The notes below the pieces were generated by a model, which was not told the DNA's origin, made no database searches, and saw nothing but the letters and a program-made list of their open reading frames with translations. DNA of 55,973 bases from Phoronis australis (taxonomy: Eukaryota > Animalia > Phoronida), in contig NMRA01000842.1 of the NCBI GenBank assembly GCA_002633005.1, positions 1 to 55,973 on the forward strand, given 5' to 3'. The first letter of the stretch is position 1. Each line of letters opens with the position of its first letter. A program made the translations under genes and the position numbers. Below, one piece after another: positions 24,260 to 37,367 of the stretch.

Positions 24260-27200
24260 TGTCTGTCTTTCAGAGCCCACAAGTCTCCATCCTGTATCTG
24301 GACGTACATAACTGTAACCTACACGATTGTCATACGACTACTTACAGGGTATACAGCTCTCATTAACCTGATTTTTCTAAGTCACCATCTTGTAAACACT
24401 GGGTCGTATCTTTTTATATAATTCGCATGAGCTTCAACAAACGTTACTTTTTTATTAGCTTTGTTACTGAGAGACTGTCAGACTTCAACGAACCAAATCC
24501 AATGACGGAATTGAAACTGATTCGACGTTTTAGAAACACTGCATTCCAATACATTTGCGGATTTAGGAGGCCCAAACGGTACACACATCTACGGATACGA
24601 GTTAAAAACGCCGCCGGAATGCTGTTTTCTGAGGCGAATCCGAGATTTGACTTGGAGTAAAAAGAATGGAACCATTGGATCCGGCATTGTGCAACGTGTA
24701 GGCAAAAATGCACTTTTGTGTCTTGTCTGAAAGAAAACAATGAGAATCTCAACATCATTTTATTCTCTTGAATAACGGGTTGATTATATGAAGTTGGTAC
24801 ATGTATCAGTGATCGAGAGGTACGCGACTTCGATTATATTTTTGACGGGTTATGCCCATAGGGAATTAGGGAAGATCCAATGCTTTAGATATCGCGTCCT
24901 TCAGATCAAAATAAAACCGCTTATCGGTGGCAAGACATACTATAACCCATAGCTTGAACCGATTTTAAGGGTTTACTCTAATGACTAAGTGGTGAAACTG
25001 AAACAGCAGACATTCGGACGCCAGCTCATTGGAAAGACGCAACACACGGGTAATTTAACCATTCTTAGATTGCTTTACAATCAATTATTGAACGATTTCA
25101 TAAAACCAGAATTGGTCATCGTCCCTGAAATCACTACACGTGAGATTGGATACGACTGTCATTGTAAAAATTCTATGCAAGGGAATTTAGTTCTCGCAGC
25201 TAGTCCAATGTTTTTCCCCAATGCGGTACTTTCCTTTATCCGCGTGGGTTGATCAGTAACCAGCATTTCCAAACTATGGTGGTTTTGTACATGTATCTGA
25301 ATGTTTGTAATAAAAACGTCAATATTGGTTAGCTTTCTTGGACTCGTTCAACGACTTGCATATATTGCACACAATTGAAACTTTTAAATGACGGAAAAGA
25401 ACATTACAACAAAGTCACCTACCGCAACTAAACTAGAATTTTCCTCCTAGTATCACACGGAGAGTAACCAGGGTATTTTGGAGTAAAGAAAACGCCTTCG
25501 AAAATGATACGACGGACAAGCCCCATTGAAATCTAACCTCTTGAACGTATCCATGAAAATACAGAGATACTAGAATCTGTATTGCTACAGTACACGCTTA
25601 CTAAAATATATCCTGCTGTGCTCTGCCGTTTTTTTTAATATTTGATTAAAGGAACAAAATCGCTTTTAAGACCCAATTTTTTGTTATTACTGCTGAATTC
25701 CATAGTACAATATGTAAAGTTATTCCTTTTGAACATACCGATAAAATAATAAAATCGGTTTGTGACTTCATTACCGATAGACAATTCTCGCTGTTAAAAT
25801 CAAAGCCATTAAACTACTCCGACATACATGTACATAGCTAAGTGTAATTTATCTCAGTGAGTAGAGATATTGCCTGTTACGACAAAGCTCAGGCTTGGAT
25901 CTGCTCTGGGGCTAGTTTCAGAAAACTTACTGTCTCGCAAATAATGTTACTTAACATTCAGATGTTGGTCCCGTCACGTCCATGCTGTAACGAGAGAGCG
26001 TGCTGCAGGCGTGACGTTTAATCCAGCTAGAAACATCCGTTACTATTACGAAACCACTTTTAGGTGTAGAACAGTTTACTGTTATCAAATTGGTATCAAC
26101 TTGTTATTTACTCAAGTGAGAAGATTTTGCGTTGGTAATGAATAAACAGTTCGTACACGCTTTTTAGTGATACCGTGCTCGGCATATGGGATGACGCGCC
26201 GTGACAAGACAATTTGCACATAGCCTGCAGACCTTACGCAACTATCATTTCCATTCACCTCCAGAAATCACCTCTCATTTGACTAAAGACTATTCTGAGA
26301 CCTGTTTTAGAACGGTAACTGGTCTACATGTAAGTCAAATATTGTTTTTAGTGACTTCAGGCAGGTTCACAACTTTACAGATTTCTAAGCTGTTTGATAA
26401 CACAACCGATAGTAGAAATAATTCCTGGAAACATCTTGTAAATTTTCGTGAATTTTGAAATACACGGGAACGTAGATCAAAACGTAAGATTGTTTTCAGT
26501 TTAGGTAGCGTTTTGACTAAGCTCGATACAATGAGTCTACACGTACCCACTAAGACAGAAGCAGATAGTTTCGATTCCGCACACCGTCTGTTCACTGACT
26601 TCGGGCTGTTTCTCCTTCTATGAATAAACCGTCGGGAAAATCCAATCAGGCCATGGTTTTGTGGTTGGAATAATTCTACCATTATTCCTTAATATTTATT
26701 CACCTTATCACGCATATGCATTTTCCGATCTCCTGCTAAGAATCTTGTGACTGCATAGAACCCTGTTAATGAACCGGGAGACTGCATGCCTGTAAAAAGA
26801 CTATGATTGGTCTGATACAGCCAATAGTTAATTCTTATTAAAAAGTACCGGTAGTCAAATTACCGAAGATGAGACACTACCAATGTTGACCAAAACTTTC
26901 ATACCATATCTAGACATGTTTTTCGAGGTAATTTAAATCGGCACTATAAAAGAGCTTATTTTAACGTTAAAACCAACGAAGTTAAAACATTTACGCATAA
27001 CCACTCAACCTGACAGATGATAAGGTAAAGTAGAAGTGCTAGGCACAGCGTTTGTCTGCGACCTCAGATGTTTCAGAGATCTATTTTACTCTGATGCTAG
27101 TCTTAAAATGTCAGGTTCTCGCTGATATTGTAGTATTTGAAAACGAGAAATCGTTGCGCGATATCAGTTTTCATTTTAATCAGCCTCCCGTTCAGTAACG

Positions 27201-27916
27201 CTAGGACCTCGCTAAAAAGCAACACTTCGGGAGATTACGTGAAATATTGGCATGTATTTTAAATAAGAACACGTGACTTTGACTAGATTTTAGCTAGGTC
27301 CTAGTGTACATGTAGGTCCGTTTACTGAACACACGCCAGATTTAATATTATTTCCCACTTCCTTTACGGGCAAGTAAATGTATTTTTTCTGGATTTTGAG
27401 TACCTAAACGTTTTGGGTTCCCCTCAAAATTAAATAAATTTTGATTGGCATCGTTTTTGTGATGGTATAATAAAGATTTAGGTGATGACCGACTTAGTTT
27501 TTTTATCTTCCCAAAAGCGTGCCGTATTCAAAACAATTCCTCGCTTTGTTTTACTAGATGGCTATTCTGTTGTGCTGTTGGGATTGTAAATTATCGCCTA
27601 CTTAATGCAGTCTACATTTAGGTTTGCCTAGTATTCAGATGGTAGTGATGACGTGCTTGCTATTAATATGACGCGATTTGGACTCACACATAGGGAAAGA
27701 AATGCACAGTCACATCACATTTTCGAAAATTGTTTATAGGCCTTGGATTTTTTCCGTTCCAATCAATGGTGGATCCCCTACTTTAGTAGTTTAACAATTA
27801 TGTAATTGGTTTAGATAAGTGTCCGACAACGGTTGCGCCAATTGTATGCTCCCTTTGAGTTGACTGGCGCCTAACCCGGTATTAATTTTCGAGGTACTAC
27901 ATAAATCTGGCCTAAC

Positions 27917-27995
27917 TATTGTTATCATTATTATTATCATTATTATTGTTGTTATCATTATTATTATCATTATTATTATTATTGTTGTTATTATC
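27917..27995. repeat. (ATT)n-like microsatellite
   Basis: Directly visible. Confidence 0.9.
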
Positions 27996-29203
27996 AGTTT
28001 TGGTATTTTAATTTCTTTGACTTTGTCACAACAAACATTTGAATTGTTAAGCTTGACATCATTGTCACAGTGAAATTGGATCTAGCGCGCAATAATTTAA
28101 CTTCACGATAACGAAAACTACAACGTATATGAGTTAATACAATCTGTTATTTGTAACAAATGACAATATTCAGGTAATTTACAAATGAGCCAATGCCGTA
28201 AAATAATCTCTTTGAGCTTTATAACTTTTTGCAAATTGTGTAGCATCCCTTTAAAGTTAAAAGAATAGGACCCTGAAAATCTCCAAGCTAGGCTAACTTC
28301 GGAGCACTAGGAGCACTATACATGTATCTAAGAAAAGCTTATTCGCATTCATACTAGAGCTTATGCGTGATTGTTCTAAAAAACACAGTTAGGAAATATT
28401 TTCAAATAGATCTAATTTTACATTAGGACCTATCAAAATAGGATATTAATTATTTTTATGAGAAAAATGAAAAGCTTCCAAAATGAAACTGAAGTTTCTT
28501 GAGATTTCACCTTAAACATTTATATCAAACAATACTTGGTCGTGGTTTTGATGTCGTTGTTTTGCAATGATTGTACCTGACGATTTTTTTTTTAAATTTT
28601 AAAAAGTAGACATGGTCACGTGTCTCAAATATTGACAAATTCGTGAATTGAGTAGCAAATCAATTTCTATAGGGTCTCTGCTTTCAGGAATTTTTTTCTT
28701 ACATTTTTTAGTCAAGTGCTATAGTTTTCTAGATAAAGTCCTTCTGTAAGTTATAGCCTTAACCATTTCACTAATTTTCTTCTCCCCTGTACTTCTCAAT
28801 CAATGCAGATGACCAAAGCTACTTTTCTGAGCAGAGTTGAATAAAAATCGTCCAGCTGACAAAGGGACACTTTTACTGTTGTTATGAGGAAATTCAATTT
28901 ATTTTTAATGCATTTCAATGAGGAATCGACTACCAGCCTTTGCCTACCTCAGTGAACTCGAAGGGGTTCGTTGGATTTGTCACCGTCCGTAGAGCCGGAG
29001 TGCATGTATACAAATCATGGAAGGCTGCGTCTCTTTTAAATACATGTAGATGAGTCGCCATGCCCAAATGCGCAACGAAAACTTCAGCGTACACAAATAA
29101 TTACGTACATATATGTATATGAAGTGTATCGTTAGGCCACTCACTGCCGAGCGATGACATTTTGTCACCGAGCAAATACATTTCTTCACTCCTCGATACG
29201 CCA

Positions 29204-29732
29204 TGACGTCAAACACATCATGCATGTAGTGCTACCGCTAGGTGGCGCTAGGGTACACAGCCTGTACATGTATTTGAGCGCGCTGATGTTGGGAAATTCC
29301 CCAAACATGCCATAATCATTGATCTCTTCCTTGGAAACATCCGTGTCCGAAAAAAATCGTTCTTGATTCTTGTTTTACTCTCACAACTGTGAAAGTTTAA
29401 GCGGCAGCTGTTAACGGAAGAAATTACGGTAATTCAGCGTAAGGACATGTAAGTCATCGACTAAACTACCGGGAATACCCCGGCGGCCCGGCGCAGGTCT
29501 TTTGTTCACTGAACAACTGATTTGAGTCCAGTCTTTGAGAGGCCATTGCATTAGTTCACGATCCCTGGTTTGTACTTCTCGGCATCATGGTGTGAGAGAA
29601 CTTGAGAATAAAGACCTGACTCAACGTAACCTTTTCAGCCTGGCCCTAGTAATTATTTTCGGAATCATGACTGGGAAATTCTTCGGCCCGGCCTTTTAAT
29701 GTTGACTCATTTGGTCTTTTGGATAATTCCCC
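29204..29732 (+). promoter_or_regulatory. Putative promoter, non-coding first exon (ends 29448) and proximal intron of the TNIP2-like gene, with kB, CRE, AP-1 and CTCF-like motifs
   Basis: TGACGTCA 29204; CCGCTAGGTGGCGC 29235; GGGAAATTCCCC 29291; donor GTAAGT 29449; GGGAATACCCC 29471; TGACTCA 29617 and 29703; near-kB sites 29673 and 29721. Confidence 0.65.
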
Positions 29733-30384
29733 GTTGTCACATGAAGTCAGATGGTTAAATAAAGATGCACACGTGCTTCACACTCACTGTGCTTGTCCCA
29801 TCAGGCCAGTGTTCACATTTTGGCAGGCGGGGAACTGGCATTCAGACCACAGAATTTTAATAAAAACTCGCCAAAATTGGTTTTCCTGGATTCATTTCTA
29901 TTTCGTTTGATTTTAACAAAACTATTTCTAGCCTACATTTACATGAAATTCATTTTTATAATCTTAAGTCAATTGGCAGGCTGAACAACATCGTCGGAGC
30001 CTATAAAAACGGTAATTCAACAGTTTTGACAACTTTCCATCGATCATGCTGTAAAATCCCACCAGTTTAGGACAGTAACGCACACTAATGAGATTTCATT
30101 TTCTCATGTTCTGTACCATCAGACAGTGTTTGACACTGTTTGATCATTCATAAATTGACATGAATGTTAGATGCTCTAGAAAAATTCCGCGTTTCGCAAT
30201 TGTTTGTCCGAATTTGGCTGACTTTACATAAGGTTCTGTCGACTAGAACTTAGTTAAAAACTTAACCAGTTCAGTTATGCAATCGAATTACACTGCTCAT
30301 GTAACATATGAATGTCACTTCAAAAGAATTTTTATGTGCCTGTCTTTCAGAAAGTTAACCATAAACAATAGCAACCGAGGTGCA

Positions 30385-30888
30385 ATGGAGAGCCACTCAA
30401 CAGAACAGCTTAGCGCTAAAGAAATGCAGTCAAAGCGTGCCCTGAGTGATTCCGATTCACTCAGCACAGAGTTAAGCGGAGATTCAGGCGTTCAAACGTC
30501 GACTTTGAAATTACGAAACGACTATGAACACCAGAAAAGGGAAATGAAACTGTTGAACGCCGAATATGAAAACGCTAAAAAGGAATTAAGAACTTTAAAA
30601 GCACGTTTGAACGGTTTTCAGACAATTTCAGTTTTGTTGAAAGAAAATGTGAAAGAAAAGGATTGCTTAAAAAAGAAAATATTACAACTAGAAAGAATCG
30701 TACGGATTTTCCAAAACAGACTGTTTCAACTTGGGGCTTCGACTTCATTGAATTTAGAAGAAGACGAAATTTTCTATCCTTCAATGAATAAAGAAAACTG
30801 TGAGGAAATGGCAAAAGAAATCTGTAGGTTACAAGAACTTGTGAAGCACTCTGCTGTGAATCCTGAGGAAATAGTCAAATTAAAACAA
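30385..30888 (+). CDS. TNIP2: TNIP2-like coding exon 1
   Basis: Acceptor tctttcag at 30350, ATG 30385, donor CAA|gtaagt. Confidence 0.82.
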
Positions 30889-33800
30889 GTAAGTGTGTGT
30901 AGATCAAGGAAGGTTATGATCATGTTAAGGTGCATTGGGGTTTTATTTTTGTGAAGAATGATAAGTAATAAGGAAGAAATATCTGCATGGCGTGATGGCC
31001 AATGCACAAGGAAGTTTGGGCACGGTTTCACCTAGATTTCCTCGTCTATACACTTTGAAGTGGATGTGAATTCGTGCAACGTTCAATATAGTTCTCTTAT
31101 CCTTGTGAAATTGACCTTAACTTCTTGCAATAATACAGTGTATACATGTAGTTACATGTATATCGAAGCCTCTTTGTAGTCCCGGCTTCATGACGCAACA
31201 CGGTTTTTACAAAACCGAGGATCTTTTTAAAAATATATAGGCACTATGAAAGTCATCAAGTAATTTTGAACACATCTTTCAAAATTTGTCAAACAGTTTT
31301 CCCGAGGCTACGTTACATTTCGCACTAATGTGAATGTGTAACATATTGTACCTAAAGCTGCAGGCCTTTCTTTAGTTACTAAGACAGCCGTCAGATGTTG
31401 ATGAGTCAGCTCATTAGAGTTGTGATGAAATGTTTTGCCAAGACTTGTCTTTTTAGAGTATGACCAATGCAGTGTGAGATTCATGTGACATGTCACAATG
31501 TTTGTGTTCTTCTTATACCATGACTGTCATCACACAATCAGATGTAATTGTTCTACTGAATTTCGTTGCAAATGAAGCCTGCACTTACAGTTTATTATTT
31601 ACGGAGTTAATATAAATTCATTTATTTGTATATTTTTTAAATTCAGTTTGAAATCTGGCCTCTTGATCTAGCATTTTTACTGATAATCGAACTTGAAAAT
31701 ACATTTGTCATTTACCGTTCCTCTCCACTGCGAACTAGGCTAAGTATCAAAAAAATTCGAGATTTCGAGTAAAAACACGAATTTCGCCGTTCAGACTCGA
31801 ACTTGTAGTTTTGATACTGTGGTTATCAAATGTAAAACAGGATTACTCAGTCCTATCAACGTAAAGCACAATCACATTAATACCTCCTCAGTGGAATATT
31901 CTATAACTTAAGGCTCCGATCAGCGCCAGGTTGTATAGTATATAAAAAATTACTATAGCAGACTTATGCGTTTGTATAAAAAGTTCTGGAATATTCCGTG
32001 ATGACATACACGTATACATGTATGTGATGCAACGTACAATTTGTGCGCATTCATGACATCACTTGGAATTAAACTGCAAATTCACTGTATGAAAAATAAA
32101 CATTAACTGCTGGTATATATTAAAGTTTGAATTTGGACAGTTTGTTTTGAAGGAGTCGGCTGTCATTTTGAGAATCACTGACCGTTTGTTCTTCAATTAA
32201 TGCATACTTATAGGAGGCACAAGAATACGAACAAAACAAGAGAAAAGTGGAAGCCAAACTGCAAGAAGTAACAGATGAGTTAGAAAGTGTTCGGAAAGCA
32301 ATGACTAGCAGCGATCACGAAAAAGACTCCGAAATTATGCAACTGAAGTCGCAAATCAACACCATGGATGTCACTAGTTCAATTAGTGAAAGTTTGTGCC
32401 AATCTCTGAATGAAGAACGGGAAAACCTCCAACAGCAGCTACAGGCGACTTCGCAGCAGTGCAGGGAACTGGCACAACGGTTGGAAGACTACAAGCGTAA
32501 CGAAGGGCGCAAGACGACTCAAGCAGACCAGAATCAGGTGAGAAAACTGTGCATGTGGTGCATGTAGTGATTTGGGCTCTCGTTGTACATGTAGTCGCAT
32601 AGGCGCTACTTGAGGCCATTAAATCCTGGCAGATGATAGGAGAAATACTGATAATGCCCCTTGGTCCTAAATTGGTGAGCAATTACGGTATTGCCACTCC
32701 CTAGTGTGCAATATTGTAATACAACACCTACTTCACTTGGAACAGTAACAATCGTTCTTTGCTTGGTAAACCAGCTACGGTGGCCTTTGGATGACCTTAG
32801 AGCTGAGCACGTCATCAGGGTAAACAACTCCTGGGAGGGCTGTGCACATGTTGCTAACTACTCTTGTGCAATTTTAAGGTAAATCTATTTCGTTCCTGTA
32901 ACTATCTACTCGTAACCCCATGTTTGCACTCGGTTTAAATATTTAATGCACATAGCAGATAAATGACCCTAGATTTTGACCTAGATTTTGGCTGTGCTGT
33001 GTTGGCTCAGCTCCAACTGACGAGAATAGTAGTGTAAACACACTGGCTGTGCAGTTACACCTGAAAAATCTGCATTTTAGTTGTCAGGTATGTTTTAGAC
33101 GGTCTGAACTGTTCGGTGCTATGGCTGCAACATTAAATTGATTGCTGTATGTGGCGCATAAATAAAGGTCACGTGTTGTCGGGCACTTATCTGCAGGGGT
33201 CCAGTTGTACATTGGGACTCTAGTGTTAGGTCGAACGGTAGAAATGGCAATCGGAATTTGTTATTAGTCGGAAATCGTTTACTATTCGTGGGATGATTCT
33301 GAATCGGGTTTTGAGTGACGTCGTCAATATGTCACCGAGTCAGTCTGGCAAAGCTGTTGACTACATACAAAACCGTACGTAGGTTTCGTGTCAGTATTTC
33401 ACGGCGCTGCTCTTTGAGCCGAAGATTGACGTGTAATCATAGTGACGGTTAGGTAGCTAAAATGCAATGCCAGACAAAGATTTGGCACATGCAGCAGCGG
33501 AAACCGTGAGATTGCCCCATATGTGATTTTTGCGAATGAGGTCACGAAATCTTACATGTACTTGTCTCAGGTCGTATATGCTATAATCAGATTGCATGGC
33601 CTCTAAATACATGACTACAGGTTTGGTATGTATATGGCCTCATCAGAATGTGGGAGATGGTTTTTAATGTATTTGCCAAGTTGATTATTGTGGTTGGTGA
33701 CAAATAGCTATTCGGCATTGTCACCGGTCAGTTATCTATGTAATCACTTGTTCATGTATATGATTGTCCGAAATTATTGTTAAACAATCACATGACCGGC

Positions 33801-36800
33801 TCTTTGAGGGAAGTTCATTGTTCACGTAGTTGTTATCCCAGTGGTAGGTTTAGTCACATGTGAACTCGCGTGGGTTAACAATTGTAGTGCGGGTTAACAC
33901 CCATGGTCTAGCTTGAACATGACTGACTCAAAATTCCAAAGGGTGAATGATAAATCGAAAATATCAGACGTTTTGACATCTATTGTTAAAATCTGGTGCA
34001 GGCGCGTGATGTCACGTGAAGCCAAACATGGGCATTTACCCATATACATGTAGGGGAATTCGGGGGGTCAAGTGGTCTGTATCGGGCCCTCTTTCCCTTG
34101 ACTTAAGTGATATCAAATCTAGAATTTTCAAATTTTTGATTTGTACCCCCCTTTTTAAAAATCTGACCCCTTCTTTTTAAAATACTGGGTCCGCCCCTGT
34201 CATCTGTACGAAATGTTCTTTTGCAATGTCCAGTTCCCCTGTAGTAGGTGAGAATGCCTCAGCACCATCCATGTTTGTATTTCAGTTCTTACTAGTACAG
34301 ACATCATTCTTGAGTGGCCACGGTCCTTAAAGTAGCTTCCTTTTTGTCACCTAGTACGTATGATTAATCCTGCTTAACAGTACACATATCACTCCAAAAC
34401 AATCAAACTGACAAATAGCCGTTGTCGCTCACTAGTGAAATGTTCGGACAAAAGGTTGCTGAGGTCTCAACTTCTAAGGTTTAAATTGGTCAGTTGAATT
34501 TTTTTCTGCCATTTTTTAAGCATTGCTTAAGGAACCATCTTGTTGAAATCCAAAATTCGAATAAACCTGCGTGTGTGGTACATTGTATAACCATGTATTT
34601 CTAGTAAAAGAAAAATAAATTTTTGCCCCTTCCTTTTTTCATTTACCGTCTGCATTGCTAAGATTTCGACACATTTTCTTTTTTCCAGCATGTTATCGAG
34701 AATGAACAGTTACGACTGCAATGTAACGAACTATTACTAATGAACACCAGATGGCAAACTTTCAACGAAGAACAGGAGAGCAAAATCTTGAGGTTGAACA
34801 CCAGAATCGCAGAACTGGAATCGCAAGTTAAAGACACCAGACCAGGTAAGCATTTTGTGAGCAGGGTTACTTGGTGCAAATTGTAGTACAGGCTGTATGC
34901 CTGAATGTAAGATATTGTATTTTCACGTAAATTATCATTAATTATTATTATTAATTAATTATTTGATACGCTAATATTTTTTTCTTTCTTACAGTTGTTG
35001 TTATCAAATGTTGACATTCATAAGTTGTTACACCTCTTATATTTTAGCTGCTTCTATATTCATGGAAAACTTGAAATAGTCAACACACTGAATGTTTTCG
35101 GAAATGTGCGAACGTTTCTGGATTTAATTCAGACAGTGTATTTTTTGCGAGAGAATTAAAGCGTTCCCTACTTCTCTGTGAACCAACCTAACTTAATATT
35201 GGCTCCTGGGAATACGCTTGGTGTTGCAAACTCAATTTAGTCTACTCTAGTTTAATAACATGTGTATTTTCTTTAAAACGGCATATTTAACAATGTGCTA
35301 TTTACATCGTCTGTGCCATGTTTGCCATACATGTACATGTACCAGTCGTCACCGATGAATTCAACTAAGTCCAGCAACACACACTGCAGCCCTGGACCAG
35401 CGAACAACAAACCTGTGGTACGGATGCCATGCACGCGCCCCAAAACGAAACGCACGGGCAATGACTATTCCATACCCGGTGACGAAATAGTACTAAGCCT
35501 TCTGAAACGTATAATTTGCATTGACTTGTATCTGTTGTAGTCCCTTCAGATGAGCACCAGAGACAATTTGACAGATTGCTCCTGCAAGCCAAGCAAAGAA
35601 TTGAAGAAGAACGGGAGGAGAAGGAAAATGTGAGTCATCCACGTGACAATTTCTCTTTCTACCGAGCAATGGGTCTTGTGAGTTTAGATATGTGATAATC
35701 ATGTGTTTTTTGGGAAGTCTGTAAATGGACTGAACACTGACGCACACATTAAGCTTGTCCGTGTCGTTTCAATACGAAAAGGAGTGGTATGGAACACGAA
35801 ATGACGTAAATCAACACTGGGCTGCGTTCCGTAGTCTCAAGCCGCCTATTTATTGGTGTATTTTGCAGGTAGTTAGCGATAATAAAGCCCTAGAGATGGC
35901 GCTGAAACAAGAGGAGGATGAGAGGAAGCGTCTGCAGACTCTACTGGAGGCTGGTGGTGGCGGAGAAAGCCGGCCCGAGGACAAGGAACATATTGGTAAG
36001 TCAGGGAGGCTCCGTTGTGATGTTTTAGCTGGGCTTGATGTTAGCAAGTTGCTGTGTCTGTTTTCTTCTTTTTAATTGCGTGAATTTATTTGTTGAAGTC
36101 TCTGGTTCACACATTGATCTGTCACTAGTTACAGTCTCGTGAAGACACGACCTCTATTGTCATGAGCACTGAGCAATCACCAGTGATTTTGCCACAACTA
36201 ACAATCACTGTGTTTTCACCTTGGACGAAGTAGCAAGAATCCTCTTAATTCGGTGTTTTGTTTGGTGATTCTGTTTATAGAGTTTCTCAAGGCACAAATT
36301 CAGAGCTGCACAGACGATTTCGAACTTGAAAGACAAGACCGTGAGAAGGCCCATGAAAGGATCGCTGCACTTGAGGCTGAGAACAAATACCTTAAAGATC
36401 GACTTGTCTATGTTCAACAAGATCGCCGTCCCTATTATGAACGGAGACAGGAGTCCCTTAATCGATACCAACAAGAGTATAACCAGCATGGGGTGAGTTA
36501 GAAAGTGGTTAAACTTTTTGAAGCAACCGCAAAAACTCCGGCTATAAGTCAAGAGTGCACGGTCGGTTTTCATCATTTTTATCTCGGTACCATTTCCAGT
36601 TATTGAATTAAGTTGTCAAACCTCTTACATGTTTTGTCAGAACATGGTATGGAAAATTGTACTTTTTTGAAAAAATGGCAACAAAAATGGATGGAAATTC
36701 TTTGAAAACGCGTAGTTATGGATAAGGTTAATTTATCATAAGTGGTCAAAAATTTCACTCGTAACTTCCGAAATTTTTAAAGTTGGAAAATCTTATTTGA

Positions 36801-37355
36801 AAGTACCTATATGACCAATTTTTTTGTCTTACCTTTTCCAGCTTTTTTTTTCATTGCTCAATTAAAGCGAAAAGTATTGGGGTGCCACACCTATGACATC
36901 CCCCTCCAGAAGTTACACCCCCTGATATATGCTCTCGTGCCAATTTTTGTGTGATTAATGTGAGGGGTTGTGATAACTGCAAATGAATATCTCCGTGTAA
37001 ATACTGGATGCCACATCCTTCTGGGTCTTCAACAGATTTATAAAGAAATCTGTGATTGTATTTCTTGCAGTATGATAACCAACTGGTCGCCCGTGGACTC
37101 AGATGCAGAGACGTTGCCGATGCTTTTGCGAATGACCTCGTCATTGACGGTGCTGACAGAAACAATGAAGGTGACGATGGATTTGACGAAATCGATGGCG
37201 TCAACCTGCCACCCCCTCCCAAGACGGAGAAAACCAAGGAAGTCTCGTCCAAACATGTGTCTGTTGAAAACCTTGAGTGTCCTCGCTGTGGGCGCCTATA
37301 CTCCGCTGATAAAGATCACGAGTACATGACACATGTTGACATTTGTTGTGACTAA
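30385..37355 (+). CDS. TNIP2: TNFAIP3-interacting protein 2 (ABIN-2)-like, 565 aa; join(30385..30888,32214..32537,34689..34845,35541..35629,35869..35995,36281..36492,37071..37355)
   Basis: Phase-consistent GT-AG exons (1698 nt); coiled coils; EABR-like LLMNTRWQTFNEEQE; UBAN QIQSCTDDFELERQDREKAHERIAALE (DFxxER); C-terminal CCHC finger LECPRCGRLY...HVDICCD*, resembling the TNIP2 end as recalled. Confidence 0.88.
32214..32537 (+). CDS. TNIP2: TNIP2-like exon 2 (coiled coil)
   Basis: cttatag| ... CAG|gtgaga, phase 0-0. Confidence 0.85.
34689..34845 (+). CDS. TNIP2: TNIP2-like exon 3 (EABR-like NxxWQ segment)
   Basis: ttttccag| HVIENEQLRLQCNELLLMNTRWQ... G|gtaagc. Confidence 0.88.
35541..35629 (+). 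CDS. TNIP2: TNIP2-like exon 4
   Basis: gttgtag| VPSDEHQRQFDRLLLQAKQRIEEEREEKEN |gtgagt, phase 1-0. Confidence 0.85.
35869..35995 (+). CDS. TNIP2: TNIP2-like exon 5
   Basis: ttttgcag| VVSDNKALE...KEHI G|gtaagt, phase 0-1. Confidence 0.85.
36281..36492 (+). CDS. TNIP2: TNIP2-like exon 6 (UBAN)
   Basis: tttatag| EFLKAQIQSCTDDFELERQDRE... GGG|gtgagt. Confidence 0.9.
37071..37355 (+). CDS. TNIP2: TNIP2-like last exon (acidic linker and NEMO-type zinc finger)
   Basis: tttcttgcag| YDNQ...CPRC...HVDICCD TAA. Confidence 0.9.
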   Translation, partial: YDNQLVARGLRCRDVADAFANDLVIDGADRNNEGDDGFDEIDGVNLPPPPKTEKTKEVSSKHVSVENLECPRCGRLYSADKDHEYMTHVDICCD

Positions 37356-37367
37356 CCACGGTTCTAG

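Noticed and set aside
22351-30351. One long gene joining the coiled-coil exons to TNIP2-like
   Set aside because: Phase mismatch gives a stop after 6 codons; a candidate last exon, a poly(A) signal and a promoter lie between them
34234-34247. 14-nt microexon (cag|...|gtgaga) in a TNIP2-like intron
   Set aside because: It would frameshift; the flanking exons already join in phase 0
37353-37367. Stop-codon readthrough stimulated by the 3' stem
   Set aside because: Another in-frame stop follows after only 3 codons
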